A stretch of DNA of 64,000 bases from positions 201,190,001 to 201,254,000 of the forward strand of contig OZ024740.1 in the NCBI GenBank assembly GCA_964016885.1. Direction: 5' to 3'. Below the pieces are notes generated by a model. That model was given only the letters and a program-made list of their open reading frames with translations. It was not told the origin of the DNA and did not search any database. Position 1 is the stretch's first letter. The number at the start of each line of letters is the position of its first letter. Positions 26,118 to 39,600 of the stretch are shown here, in pieces. A program made the position numbers and the translations under genes. Source of the DNA: Eledone cirrhosa (lineage: Eukaryota).

Positions 26118-29100
26118 TTTCTTTATTAACCACAAGGGTTTACATAAAGTAGACATTAAGGACAGTGCAGGATAATACAGGGCGGTACTAATGGGCATTT
26201 CTGCGTGTAAAAAACAAAAACAGAGGATGTAACAAAAAATAACAATGAAAAATTCCCCGGAGGGACATTTGTGGAGAAAGCCCATTAAAAGACCACAGTG
26301 ACCCTGACCACCAGGGCAAGTGCCCTCTCCCAGTTTTCCACCTTTAATTTACAGACACATACTCAGAGAAGGCCCATTCATTCGGGCCATACTTACTTCT
26401 CTCACCCATCTTTCAACAAAATGCTGGGAAGAGAGCACTTCCCTCTCTACCCTGATTTTACTTTTCAAATGAAATTTGAAAAGTAAAATCAGGGTAACAT
26501 CAGTTAATCAGGGCATCACCAAAGAGGTAAGTGCTCGTCTTCAGCCCTTTCAAATGTGTCCACCATACTATCTCTTTCGCCATGGCCACCAGAGAGATAA
26601 AAACTGCCTGCCCTTCCCGGCTAAAGGAAGAGGGCGGGGCAATCCTCACGATGGACTCAGCTGATAGCTGGATCCGTCCTACACGCGACAGCAGGTGTTC
26701 AACATAAACCCACAAGTCAGCAATGCTCGGACACTGGACGAGTGCGTGCAGGAAGGTTTCGTCGCCCTGCGCGCATCTCGGACATGCCCGGCTGACGGCA
26801 CCTTCATGCTTGTAGAGTTTATCCCGAACTGGCAAAGCTCCTCGGTAGCACTGCCAGGCCAGGGATTTCTGGAAGTTGTCCATAGGCCCCGGCCCGAAAG
26901 TTCTTCCGAAGAGATTGGCTAGTTGACTTTCGTCGACGCCTATAGTTTCTCCAAGTACGTCGTCGTTCTTCCCCTCCACTAATCCCCTATAGAACGCCAA
27001 GGTGGAGTTTCCACCGATCACATTGCCCGATTGGTCGAGGGCTGTGAGCGCCTGAAGACATTCCAGTCTCCAAGCGCTCCCTCTCGGTATTCGCTTGACC
27101 CAGGACTGCAATTCCGTCAAGGAGACGAGCTGGGGAAAGACGAGTCTAGCAAACGGCGACCACACCTGATCACCGTCGAGGAAGAGGTGGAGATGTCGTA
27201 GCCTGAGCGCGTGTCTGCGCATCATCAGCCACGGCATGCCCAGCCCTTCACGTAGCGGGTGTTGACAGCAGATGGACCGCCTGAACATCGAAGCGCGTCC
27301 TTTTCACAAAAGGCGAAAGAGCAAACGCTCCAGCGCAGTCAGGCGGCGCTTAGGACAAGGTACCACGGTTAGGCGGTAATAGATGACAGACGCGATGTAC
27401 GCGTTAGCCACCTCCGCTCAAACTTTCAGGGATAGCTTCCTCTCCGCCCATTTCTGGGTGAGATAAGCCACCCTGCTCGTCACCTCGTCCCAGTTTTTGT
27501 CCGTCTGGAGGTCTGGACCGAACCAGACCCCTAGCAATTTAACCGGTCCGTCCGTCCAGCGCCCGACGACGCTGTTGGACGGCATGGACCTGCCTCTCCA
27601 GGTGCCGAGCTGCAGGCCCACTGACTATTCCTTGTTGATCATTGCTCCTGTCACCGCTTCATATTCTCTTAGTGTAGTGGCGATCGCCTCGATTTGTTTG
27701 GCGTTCGACACCACTACGGTGACATCGTCCGCATATGCTGACACGGATCCTCCGCATCCTAGTTCGCGCGGGACCCCCCTCAACGTCTCCAATTTGTGCA
27801 GTAATGGCTCGAGAGTCAATACGTACAATAGGGACGAGAGGGGACATCCTTGGCGGACCGAGCGCATGATGTTGAACGGTTCCGAAAGGTGACCGTTCAC
27901 TCTCACTACAGAGCAGATGTCGCTGTGCATGGCAGCGATCCAGCCTCTGAAAACAGGCCCAAAGCCAGCCGCCCTCAGGATTGCCGCTAGGTAACGATGG
28001 TCGACCCTATCGACGGCTTTCGACTGATCTAAATTCATCAAGACCCACCCGTGCCAGGTTCCCTAGCTACCCTCTCTACGATGTATCGCATGAGGTGGAG
28101 GTTGTCGTGGATGGATCTGTCGGGAATGGCGCATGTCTGTGCCTCTCCCACCAGACCACCAACGACAAGCGCCAACCTCTTTGCTAGCACCTTGGCCAAA
28201 ATCTTGAACTCTGTGTTTAGCAGAGTTATGGGTCTAAAATTATCTATGTTATCCCCCTTGTTCGGATCCTTTCTCAGCAGCGCCACCGCTCCTCGGCTCA
28301 CAGAGCTGGGAATTCTCCCGTTCTGTTGCCAGTTGCAGTAGACGTCCGCCAAGAGGCCTCCGAAGAAGTTTGGCATTTGTACGTAAAGTTCATAGGGCAG
28401 ACCATCCAAACCAGGCGATTTACCCCTTGTGCAGCCAGTCATTGCCTCCCGTACTTCAGCGGTTGTTATCGGCTTTTCGCAACACTCCGCCTCAGTGGCC
28501 GAAAGCCGCGGCAGTCCGTCGAGTTAGACACTAAAGTCCATCCCTCGATCCGGCCCGCCACTTCCCCCGAACAGCTGAGCGAAGTGTCGCTGAAAAGCTT
28601 CACACATTTGCCCGGGATCGAGTAGCATGCGCCCGTCGTGGTCCACCAAAGACCCGATCGTGGCTTTGTTGCCACGACGCGCCTCCGCCACTCGGGCCCA
28701 TTGAACGGCTTTCGTCCCCTGGTGTCTGAGAGCACGCACCCTAGCTCTGACAACGCAGCCTTCGTGCTTTGCATTGAAGAATTGGTCAAGGGCCAATTTC
28801 GCCGCAAGTACGTCGGTCTCGATGCCTTTGCTAAGCGCCTCGTCTAATTTTCTAACTAATTCTCCCTCTGCTCTATTTTTCTCTATTGCTAAAGCCTTAC
28901 TAAACCTAATGGACTCTATTCTAATTGCTCTTTTCAGAGCAAAGCACCACTTGTTGTTGACGATGGTCCCCGTCAACGCCCGCTTAACTAGTTCGCTAAT
29001 CCGGTCTCTGTAGGCCTTGCGCGCTGGTAAGGACGCGTTTAGCTTCCAGTAGCCGGGTCCTCGTCTATGAAGCCTATCTAAGTCAAGCATACAGATCACG

Positions 29101-31991
29101 AATTTGTGGTCCGTGTAGCTGACTATCTTGAATTGTGGACAGCCTATGTTAGACCTATCTATTTCCCTACAAAATACTCTATCTAGATATGATCTGGAGG
29201 ACCATATGCGATTTGTCCAAGTCCACATTGGTACATTCGGGAAATCCATTCGGTACCTGTCAGACAGTTCAAAACGCCTGAGCAGGTTGGTGAGACTCTT
29301 GCAACCTCCTTCCCTATCCACTAATCCCACACAATCCCAACGTTCATCTAAGATCCCGTTCCAGTCGCGCACTAACACTAAAGAGCGGGACGTTCCAAGA
29401 AAGGTCTCTAGACGCCGGAAGAAATCAGGCCGCCCTGCTCCTATCGGGGCATAGACGACCACTAACCTGAAAGCTTGCCCGTCTCCGCTGGTCACGTCCA
29501 GCACCACCAACTTACCTTCTGGGTCCAGGAAGATGGCCCGTATGGCAAGATCCAAACCTCTCCGAAAAATCACAGCAACTCCTCCCCCCGATCCCGGACG
29601 GCTGGGAGATGCGTACACATCGTAGCCGCCGAAGATCGGTGCGAAGGCCCGTGCTTCGGAGATTCTGGTCTCGATGATGGCCACCACATCTATGTTTAGT
29701 GACTTGAGGTCGTTGAGCAGGTGGCCCTGCTTCCAAGACGACCCCAAGCCACGCGCATTTATGCTGCCTATTCTGAGTGAGGTCATGTTGAAAAGGAGTG
29801 GAAAAGATGGAAAAGACCACTTACCTTACTTCTCGTAGAGGAAGGATGGTTTTTCCATCCTTTTCACTGCTTGTGGCCTCCTCAGGAAGGATGTCCTTAT
29901 AAATCCTCCAGGAGAGTGCTTGTCGGAAGTCTACGATGTCTTTGGGGAATTTTTGTTTTAGTGTCATGTACGTTTTATGTGTGATGCGAGTGATTTGTAT
30001 GTGTGGAGGTGGTGTGAATGTTTGGGTTGTTGTGTAGTCTTTTTCTGTGATGCTGGTGTTGTGTTGGATGTAGTGTAATAATTGCTTGTTGTTCAAATTT
30101 AATACTGTGTAGTGTGTATCGTTTTGGTTGTTTCGTTTTGTTTGCGTTTGTTGTGGGTTTGTTTCTGTTTCGTATTTTGATGACTTTTGTGGTGTAGGTG
30201 ATGGTGGTGTTGGGGTTAATGATGGTGATGGTGTTGGTGTTTGGGTTGATGGGGTTGGTGATGCTGGTGTGGATGGTGGCATATCTGTCCTAACTTTTTT
30301 GTTTGTTAATTTATTTGTTTCCCTCTATATTTTGTTTTTGGTGGGGGAAGGAAGAGAATTTTTTCTTTTTTGGTTTCTTTTTTTTTTCCTGATACCGTTT
30401 CCCACTCCTCGTCGTCACAATCTGTCTGCAGTTGTGATAGGCCGGGGAGTGGAAAATCCTCCACAGGCGTTAGTTTTGGTTGTGGCGTGGTGGATGGTGT
30501 AGGCGCTGGTGCTAGTTCTGAAGCGTTGGGTGGTGGTGGTGTTGGTTTTGCTGGTGATGGTGGTGTTGGTTTTGCTACTGTTGCTGGGTTTGTTGCTGTT
30601 ATAGTTGCTTCTGTTGTTGCTGCTACAGTTGTTGCTGCCATCTCTGCTACTGGTGGTGTTGATGGTTGTGTCACTGGGGTGGGTAGGAGAGGTGGCCTCA
30701 ACCTTTTAGCCTGAGGGCAGAAAGCCCTTAGGTGGGTTCCTTCACCACAAACGACACACCTAGGCCTTCTGCCCTCGACAATTACGGTGAGGTGGCTGCC
30801 GTCAGTGAGGTCTATTACTTCTGGGATCTCTTCAATGCTTTTTTGATCCGCTTGGATCAGGAGCTCCATCCCAGATCCGGTCCAGTTCTCCTGCTTTTCT
30901 TTTGCTATTGCTATTATCTTTGTGTTGGCTTCGATGCCGGCGAGGACGGCCGCTATTAGCAGGGAATTTCGATGGCCGGTGGAACGTGGGTCACCCTGAT
31001 CTTTACGAGTCTCTGGCCACAATAGCTTGGGACGAGTGTGAAGTCGTCACTTTTTAATGGGGCCATGGAGTGTTCTCTAGCCTCCTCTGGTGTTTCAAAG
31101 AACACGTCCACGGTCCATACTTCTGCCCACGTCTGATGTGGGTTTTTCTTGCCCACACATGTCCCAAAGCTTTTTGGATTTGGGACTCGGATGCCCATTC
31201 CACTCGGCGCGATTTTACATTTATTGTTCGATACGACACGGTGCATAGGCGCCGATGCTCCATTTTATTAGGTGGAGGGGTGAGGCTGACCCTGTACCCA
31301 TCTTTCTTTACCATTTGTTTGGCATTTTCTAATTCCTCCTGAGTTACCGTAAATGCTTCGCACTGTTTTGCTACTCTGGCAAAACTCAGGGTGGTTTTTT
31401 TAATGTCATTGTTGTTGTTGTTGCTATCGTTAATTTTGTTATTATTAATTTTAGTTTCAGTTGTGGTGGTGGTGACGTCAGTGAAGTTCGGTTTGGGAGA
31501 GTCCATTTTGGTTGAAATATTTCGATATCACGAGTTGATTTATTTTTTCCTTTTGTTTCTGTTGTCGCGGTGGTGGTGGTGGTGGTGGTGGCGGCTTTAA
31601 CACCTGCAGTCATTGGTAATGGCGGGAAATGAATGTCTGCCTGAGACAAATTTAAAATATTGCTAGTGCTTAAATTGTTTGTGGTGGCAAACGTAGTATC
31701 ATTTACAATGGTGGTGTCGGTGTGAGGTGTTAATTTGTGAGAAAGGCTTTCAGCTGCTTGGTGCAGTGGTGAATTAGCCATTTTTTTTTAAAAGAAATTT
31801 TTTGATAATCATAAAAAATTAAATTTTGTGCACAAGGCCCCAATCTTTTTGGGTGTCCTTTTCGGAAAACAATGTATGTGCGCTTATATATAGTTAGCAA
31901 TAAAAATTTTCCATAAATGGCAATTTTTAACAAACGGAAATAACAAACCTTTGCGGAGCTCACGATGATACGATTTACTACGTAGGTCGCC
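26116..31991 (-). mobile_element. Tx1-clade LINE #2, full length but frameshifted (ORF1 about 31780-29821 with CCHC knuckle; ORF2 29786 to about 26340)
   Basis: CVVCGEGTHLRAFC; MTSLRIGSINARGL APE start; QGCPLS, YADD; (TAA)n at both ends. Confidence 0.96.
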
Positions 31992-32029
<38 letters not shown>

Positions 32030-32039
32030 TAAAAACAAC

Positions 32040-35000
32040 AACAAAAGGAAAACCCCGTGACCAAGAAATACCGGGATTGCGGCCGGCGGGGAATAGCCGT
32101 GTCTCTAGGGGAGAACGACCCCTCTAGTCTTGGTTGACACTCGTTCTAGAAGTGGTAACACGAAATGATTACCCCTTGGCGGATAAGGATAAAACGCGAC
32201 AAAATAAAGTAAATGTCTAATGATAAAATTTCATACCGGATCGGCCGTCACCCGGGTAAAAAAGGGCCGCGTCCCTCAGAGAGGAACCAGACTGGGGTCG
32301 AAAAATCAGCTAATGGTTCAAACCTTCCCATCACTTCGGAGCTGGAGACCTCCAATAACCGGAATACTCCTATTGTTGGCCCTCCATGCTCACCACCAAG
32401 AAATCCAAAGAAAAAGAGAGAAAAATGGTCAAGAGATGATAATAAAGAAGTCCTTGAGGCTTTCTACACTGCCATGTACTACCCATCAAATACATCGAAT
32501 ACAGAGGCTATATTGACAGTAACAAACTAGCCAATATACGAAGAAATATTGTAAGAAAAAAGTTACTAACTGATATAGAAATTGATCAGATCAAGCTATT
32601 AGCACAAAGTCAGCGAAGGGAAAATGAAACATGTGTCAGTGAAAAGGAGGTAAATTGTAACACTTCGAATCCCAGGGTTGGGGCGGAATCACTGGCAACA
32701 GAACAAATTAAAGAAAAGATCGAAAAAGTGGAGGGAGTGCATGCTCAGGATGAAACTCCAAATGAAAATAATGAGATCGTAAATGATAAAGAAATGAATG
32801 AGAATGAACTTGCCAACTTGAAGGATGAAATTATGATCGAATGGATGAAAATGAAAGAATCTGACATGGGGCAACGAGACACCCTCCCTAAGATCCAGAA
32901 CTCCAAACAGAACCAAAAGATAATACATAAGACTAACATAATTCTCAAAAACATTATCATCACAAACAAACTAAACATTACTGATTTAAATCATCTCTAT
33001 TATGCATCGGCTAAAGTCACCACTCACTTATGTGGAGTGAAGATGAAAAAACAAAAGAATTCCCACAAGAAATCTACTTGGCGAGAGAACATCAATCGCC
33101 AAATAAACCTTCTCCGATCTGACATAGAAATTTTAACAAACTATAAAGTAGGTGAACATGTTAAACAAACTAAACCTAGAAAATTGAAAAGAAAGTACAG
33201 TATAAAATCAACAAGTGACATAGACATGCTGATAGAAATAATCAAGCAAAAAGTGTCGGCCAAAGCTGCTCATATAAGGCGCTTTGAAAAACGATCTAGA
33301 TTCTATAAGGATAATAATATGTTCAAAAACAACCAAAGAAACTTCTACAGAAAAATTGGTAACTCAACAATAACTGCTAAATCAACACCACCCAGGGAGG
33401 AAGTGCAAGAATTCTGGGAAAAGATCTGGGCCGAAGAAAAAGCTCATAACATACATGCCCCATGGATAGACAGACAAATGAAAGATACAGCTCACCTTGA
33501 GGAACAAATATGGGAAAATATAACAGTTGAACAGTTGCGCTTGGCTCTAAGAAAAACCAGCAAATGGAAATCCCCAGGAAAAGACAAAATACAAAATTTT
33601 TGGATAAATGCCTTCACAGAGTCTCATGAGCTGTTAGCTCAACTTTACAATGAAATAGTTAAGGAGCCAGAAAAGATACCATCATGGCTAGTTAACGGCA
33701 TTACATTCCTGCTTCCGAAGAATGATGAGACAAACAATCCCAAAAATTACAGACCGATAACTTGCTTGACCACAATGTATAAAATGTTAACATCAGTCCT
33801 AACTGAATACACATATGACCACCTGATAACAAATGACCTATTTCCCATTGAGCAGAAAGGGTGTAAACGAGGCTCATATGGCTGTAAGGATCAGCTTTTG
33901 GTTAACAAAATGATACTGGAAGATTGTCATAATAGACACAAAAATTTATCGATTGCTTGGATAGATTATAAAAAAGCATTCGATAGTTTGCCACACAGTT
34001 GGATTGAAAAATGTTTAGAGATTTTCAAAATATGCCCCGTTGTCAGGAGGTTTTTGTCATTCAGTATGAAGACATGGAAAACGACACTCCTTTTGAATAG
34101 TGAAACAAAATCACTGGAAGCTGGAGAAGTTAATATTAATTGTGGAATTTTTCAGGGTGACTCTTTATCACCGCTTTTATTCTGCATCGCACTTATACCA
34201 TTAAGTAAAATGCTCAATGAAACAAAACATGGATATAAAGTCTATGACAAAACCATTAATCACTTGTTCTACATGGATGACCTGAAACTATTTGCAAAAA
34301 ATGATGAACAATTTCAAGGGCTATTATCCACTGTGGAGCAGTTCAGTGATGACATTAAAATGGAGTTTGGACTAGATAAATGCGCCAAAGCAACGTTCAC
34401 CAGAGGAAAGCTGCTGAAGAGTTCAGACATTAATCTTGATCGGGGGAACATGATAAGAGAACTTGATCAAGGAAAAACTTACAAATATCTAGGTGTTTGT
34501 GAAGGAGACGGAATCAATCACTCGACAATGAGGGAAAGGATAAGGAAGGAATGTTACCGCAGAGTAAGAGCAATCTTAAGAACGGAATTGAATGCAAGGA
34601 ATAGGATCGATGCCATAAACACGCTTGCCATACTAGTAGTAACCTACAGTTACAATGTCATCAACTGGTCAAGCACAGAGATCCGTAGGCTCGATACAAA
34701 AATTCGAAAATTCTTAACCATGCACAGAATGCATCACCCTAAGGCAGATATAGATAGAATATATCTCCCTAGGAAAGAAGGAGGACGTGGGTTAATACAG
34801 TTAGACATTGCGTTGAAAACTGCAACAATTGGATTATCTACATATCTAAGGGAATCACATGATTGGATGATCAAACTCGTTTTGAAACACGAAAGCATCA
34901 AAAGATCATATTCCATTACAAAAGATGCACAAAGATACAGTAATGGACTACAAATTTCAGAAGTCCCATTTACTGCTGAAATGGAAAACACAGAAAAAGC

Positions 35001-35964
35001 AAAGCAGGTAAAAGTAACTGCAAAGAAAGAACTGCTACAGAAACTGGCTAAGAAATGGCAAGAAAAGCCTCTGTATGGAAAATACCCAGAGCGAGCTATC
35101 AATCCTGAGGTTGACAAAACTTTAACCCATCAGTGGTTGGCATCCTCTGGACTGAAATCGGAGACTGAAGGACTGATTATATCAGCACAAGATCAGTGTC
35201 TGCCAACAAAAAATTACCAAGCCAACATAATAAAAAATGGATGCACCCCATTATGCCGTGTATGCAAAAAACAACCAGAGACCATTGACCATATAATTTC
35301 AATGTGCAGTCCTATAGCTCCAACCGAATACCTAAACAGGCATGACAGAGCTGCACAATACATACATTGGAAAATGTGTAAGCATTTTGACCTGCCCCAT
35401 CAAAAGAATTGGTGGGAGCATCAACCACCTCCCATACTTGAAAAAGATCACATCTCAATCTTGTGGAACTTTAGCATCCAAACAGACCGAAAAATAGATG
35501 CAAACAGACCTGATATAATATTGAAAGACTTTCAAAAGAGGGTATGCCTGCTAATTGATATGTCTGTTCCAATAGACAAGAATGTATCTATAAAAACATT
35601 TGAAAAATTGAGCAAGTATAAGGACCTGGAGATAGAAATTGGAAAAATGTGGAAATTGAGAACTAAAACAATACCAGTGGTTGTAGGCGCTCTGGGAATG
35701 ATACCTAAGGGGTCTAATGATTACTTATCGCAAATCCCAGGAAACCCGCGTATAGGAGAAATACAAAAGATAGTACTAATGGGAACTGCCCATATACTAA
35801 GGAAGATTCTGTCAATATAAGTACATCACAAGTCTAAACACTAAAGATGCATGTGTGAGTATGTATGTTCTTTCTTGAACATGGCGGACCTTGTTGTCTC
35901 TTGAGGTCACTGCTTGTGACTTGGTGATAACTCGTATGAACATAAAGCAAGATAAATGCAACTG
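32040..35964 (+). mobile_element. Near full-length R4/Dong-like RLE retrotransposon inserted in (TAA)n
   Basis: 5'UTR, ATG at 32213 with KWSRDDNKEVLEAFY, frameshift or deletion near 32515, then the 1030-aa ORF; 3'UTR ends in (TAA)n. Confidence 0.95.
32728..35820 (+). CDS. R4/Dong-like reverse transcriptase / restriction-like endonuclease polyprotein (N-terminus detached)
   Basis: NYRPITCL, IDYKKAFDS, GIFQGDSLSP, YMDDLK, CRVC..HI..C, RHD, RPDI, IDMSVP, KLSKY. Confidence 0.93.
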   Translation: MEGVHAQDETPNENNEIVNDKEMNENELANLKDEIMIEWMKMKESDMGQRDTLPKIQNSKQNQKIIHKTNIILKNIIITNKLNITDLNHLYYASAKVTTHLCGVKMKKQKNSHKKSTWRENINRQINLLRSDIEILTNYKVGEHVKQTKPRKLKRKYSIKSTSDIDMLIEIIKQKVSAKAAHIRRFEKRSRFYKDNNMFKNNQRNFYRKIGNSTITAKSTPPREEVQEFWEKIWAEEKAHNIHAPWIDRQMKDTAHLEEQIWENITVEQLRLALRKTSKWKSPGKDKIQNFWINAFTESHELLAQLYNEIVKEPEKIPSWLVNGITFLLPKNDETNNPKNYRPITCLTTMYKMLTSVLTEYTYDHLITNDLFPIEQKGCKRGSYGCKDQLLVNKMILEDCHNRHKNLSIAWIDYKKAFDSLPHSWIEKCLEIFKICPVVRRFLSFSMKTWKTTLLLNSETKSLEAGEVNINCGIFQGDSLSPLLFCIALIPLSKMLNETKHGYKVYDKTINHLFYMDDLKLFAKNDEQFQGLLSTVEQFSDDIKMEFGLDKCAKATFTRGKLLKSSDINLDRGNMIRELDQGKTYKYLGVCEGDGINHSTMRERIRKECYRRVRAILRTELNARNRIDAINTLAILVVTYSYNVINWSSTEIRRLDTKIRKFLTMHRMHHPKADIDRIYLPRKEGGRGLIQLDIALKTATIGLSTYLRESHDWMIKLVLKHESIKRSYSITKDAQRYSNGLQISEVPFTAEMENTEKAKQVKVTAKKELLQKLAKKWQEKPLYGKYPERAINPEVDKTLTHQWLASSGLKSETEGLIISAQDQCLPTKNYQANIIKNGCTPLCRVCKKQPETIDHIISMCSPIAPTEYLNRHDRAAQYIHWKMCKHFDLPHQKNWWEHQPPPILEKDHISILWNFSIQTDRKIDANRPDIILKDFQKRVCLLIDMSVPIDKNVSIKTFEKLSKYKDLEIEIGKMWKLRTKTIPVVVGALGMIPKGSNDYLSQIPGNPRIGEIQKIVLMGTAHILRKILSI

Positions 35965-35993
35965 TAATAATAATAATAATAATAATAATAATA

Positions 35994-36315
35994 GAGAGTG
36001 CAAGAGAAGGAGAGGGAGAAAATTAACCGATACCAGGACTTAAAGTGGGAGGTAAAAAGGATTTGGAACTGCCATGAAGTCAAAGTGTTCCCGATTGTCA
36101 TAGGCGCACTAGGTACTATCTCAAAAGGTTTCCAGGGATGGTTAAAGAAAATTGGGCCCGCCCCGCTTTTTTGGAACGCTTCAAAAGACATGCTTGCTGG
36201 GAACAGCAAGAACCCTCCGATACGTCCTGAATATCTGAGGCTGCAGGTAGTGGCTTGATATTCATTTCAACAAACTTTCCAGTTAACTAACATCAATGAC
36301 TGAGACTCAAAGAAC
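35994..36315 (+). mobile_element. 5'-truncated 3' end of a second R4/Dong-like family
   Basis: KEREKINRYQDLKWEVKRIW..PIVIGALG; (TAA)n on both sides. Confidence 0.88.
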
Positions 36316-36333
36316 AATAATAATAATAATAAT

Positions 36334-36613
36334 GTCTTTATTGGCCACAAGAGCTGACATCAAGAAAAACATTACAGACGGCACAGAACGGTACAGGACG
36401 GTACGATGTGGGTTTTGTGCGTGTAAATATTTTTATTATTTATATAAGAAAAGAAAAAAAAGGACATAGAATCATATATATATATAAACAATAAAAATGA
36501 AAATTGAAACAATGAAAAATTCCCCAATAGCGGGGAAACCTCCGATGGTTACTCGTGGCGAAAACCACACAAAAGACCACGGCCACCCTGACCACCAGGG
36601 CAAGCGCCCTCTC
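36334..36613 (-). mobile_element. Tx1 3'UTR-only insertion
   Basis: Reverse complement of 40360-40620; (TAA)n on both sides. Confidence 0.88.
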
Positions 36614-36634
36614 TATAATAATAATAATAATAAT

Positions 36635-39600
36635 GCTTTCTTTATTAACCACAAGGGTTTACATAAAGTAGACAGTAAGAACAGTACAGGACAATACAGG
36701 ACGGTACAAATGGGCATTTCTGCGTGTAAAAAAACAAAAACAGAGGATGTAACAAAAAAGTAACAATGAAAAATTCCCCAATACGGGGGAGACTTCCGAG
36801 GCACGGAAGTGAAGAAAACCCATTAAAAAGCCACAGTGACCCTGACCACCAGGGCAAGTGCCCTCTCCTAGTTTTCCACACACTCTCTCACACATCTTTC
36901 AACAAAATGCTGGGAAGAGAGCACTTCCCTCTCTACCCTGATTTTCCTTTTCAAATGAAATTTGAAAAAGTTAATCAGGGCATCACCGAAGAGGTAAGAG
37001 CTCGTCTTCAGCCCTTTCAAACGTGTCCTCCATACTATCTCTTTCGCCATGGCCACCAGACAGATAAAAACTACCTGCCCTTACCGGCTAAAGGAAGAGG
37101 GCGGGGCAATAACACTCCGCCTCAGTGGCCGAGAGCCGCGGCAGTCCGTCGAGGTAGACACTAAAGTCCATCCCTCGATCCGGCCCGCCGCTGCCTCCGA
37201 ACAGCTGAGCCAAGTGTCGCTGAAAAGCTTCACACATTTGCCCGGGATTGAGTAGCATGCGCCCGTCGTGGTCCACCAAACACCGGATCGTGGCTTTGTT
37301 GCCACGACGCACCTCCGCCACTCGGGCCCATTGAAGGGCTTTCGTTCCCTCGTGTCTGAGAGCACGCACCCTAGTTCTGACAACGCAGCCTTCGTGCTTT
37401 GCATTGAAAAATTGGTCAAGAGCCAATTTCGCCGCAAGTACTTCGGTCGCGATGCCTTTGCTAAGCGCTTCGTCTAATTTTCTAACTAGTTCTCCTTCTG
37501 CTCTATTTTTCTCTATTGCTAAAGCCTTACTAAACCTAATGGACTCTATTCTAATTGCTCTTTTCAGAGCAAACCATCACTTGTTGTTGACGATGGCCCC
37601 CGTCAACGCCCGCTTAACTAGTTCGCTAATCCGGTCTCTGTAGGCCTTGCGCGCTGGTAAGGACGCGTTTAGCTTCCAGTAGCCGGGTCCTCGTCTATGA
37701 AGCCTATCTAAGTCAAGCACACAGATCTCGAATTTGTGGTCCGTATAGCTGACTATCTTGAATTGTGGACAGCATATGCTAGACCTATCTATTTCCCTAC
37801 AAAATACTCTATCTAGATATGATCTGGATGACCCTATGCGGTTTGTCCAAGTCCACATTGGCACATTCGGGAAATCCAATCGGTACCTGTCAGACAGTTC
37901 AAAACGCCTGAGCAGGTTGGTGAGGCTTTTGCACCCTCCTCCCCTATCCGGTAATCCCACACAGTCCCGGCGTGCATCTCAGATCCCGTTCCAGTCGCCC
38001 ATTAACACTAAAGAGAGGGACGTTCCAAGAAAGGTCTCCAGACGCCGGAAGAAATCAGACCGCCCTGCTCCTGTTGGGGCATAAACGGCCACTAGCCTGA
38101 AAGCTTGCCCGTCTCCGCTGGTCACGTCCAGCACCATCAACTTACCTTCTAGCTCCAGGAAGATGGCCCGTATGGCGAGATCCAAACCTCTCCGAAGAAG
38201 CACAGCAACTCCTCCCCCCGATCCTGGACGGCTGGGAGAAGCGTACACATCGTAGCCGCCGAAGATCGGTGCGAAGGCCCGTGCTTGGGAGATACTGGTC
38301 TCGCTGATGGCCACTACATCTATGTTTAGCGACCTGAGATCGTTCAGCAGGTGTCCCTTCTTCCATGACGACCCCAGGCCACGTACATTTATGCTACCTA
38401 TTCAGAGAGTAGCCATGTTGACTAGGATAGGAGGAAAACAAGTGAGAGGGGAGAGGTACAAAAAATAACCTGTGGCTCTTCTTTAGGAAGGGGGTGGGTG
38501 ATCCATCCCTCCGACCATTGGTTTTGTGGGTGTAGGAAGAGATGGTGTTTTTGTTGTTGGGGATGGTGATTTCTCTTCTGTCACTGTGTTCTTTGTTTGT
38601 TTGTCTGCTCCAGTTGCGGGGCACAGCGTGGGGAGAAGGGGAGGGCGCGTGCCTGTTTTGGTAATTTTGGGGCAGAATGCCTTAATGTGCGTCTTGTCAC
38701 CGCATCCATGACACCTTGGGCGCCTACCTTCGACAGTCACGGGTAGATGGCTGCCGTCGTCCAGGTCTATTACATCGGGGATGGCTTCAACGCTTTCGTG
38801 GTTTGCTTGGATGATTAGCTCCATCCCCGACCCTGTCCAATTTTACTGACGTTGAGTATGGTTGTTGAATCTTCAACGTCAGCGAGGACGGCTGCCGTCA
38901 GCCACGCCATCTCCACTGAGGGTGGAACCTGGCCTACTCGAACCCTCACGACTCTCTGGCCGCAATATGTGGGCATCATTGTGATTTCGTCGCTGCGGAG
39001 TGGTGCAATGGAGTGTGCTCTGGCTTCCTCTGGTGTAGCGAAGAGCACACCCACAGTGCCATATCTCGATCCCCGGGCTATATATGTTTTCTCTGCCCAG
39101 ACGGCACTCATAGCTCTTTGGATCTGTGACTCCGTTCCCCGTTCAACTCGCCTGGATTTTGATCTGATCGTGTGATAACTGACCAAACACAAAAGCTTGT
39201 TTCTTATTATCTCAGCTGGGCGGGTGAGACTTACCCTGTGTCCGGTCTTTTTAACCAAGACCTTTGCTTGTTTTATCTCTTCGTTAGTGATGTGTACTTG
39301 TTCAAAACTGTTTGTCGCTTTAGCGAAAGACGTGTTTGTTTTGATTTGTGTTGACACGTCACTAGCTTTGTCTTTGTTGCCGTCGACGGTGTTTTTGTTT
39401 GTTTCTTTTTCCTCTGTGTTGCTGCTGTTATAGTTGTTGTTCTTTGGGTTCTTTGTGGTTGTTGCTGTTTTTATTGTTATTATTGGGGTGGTAGTGGTGT
39501 TTGATTTCTGTAAGACAGGAAATTTTTCGTTATAATTTTCACTACTGCTACTACAGTTCCAGTGACAGCTGCTGCTGAAATCATTATCGCTGTCGCTGTC

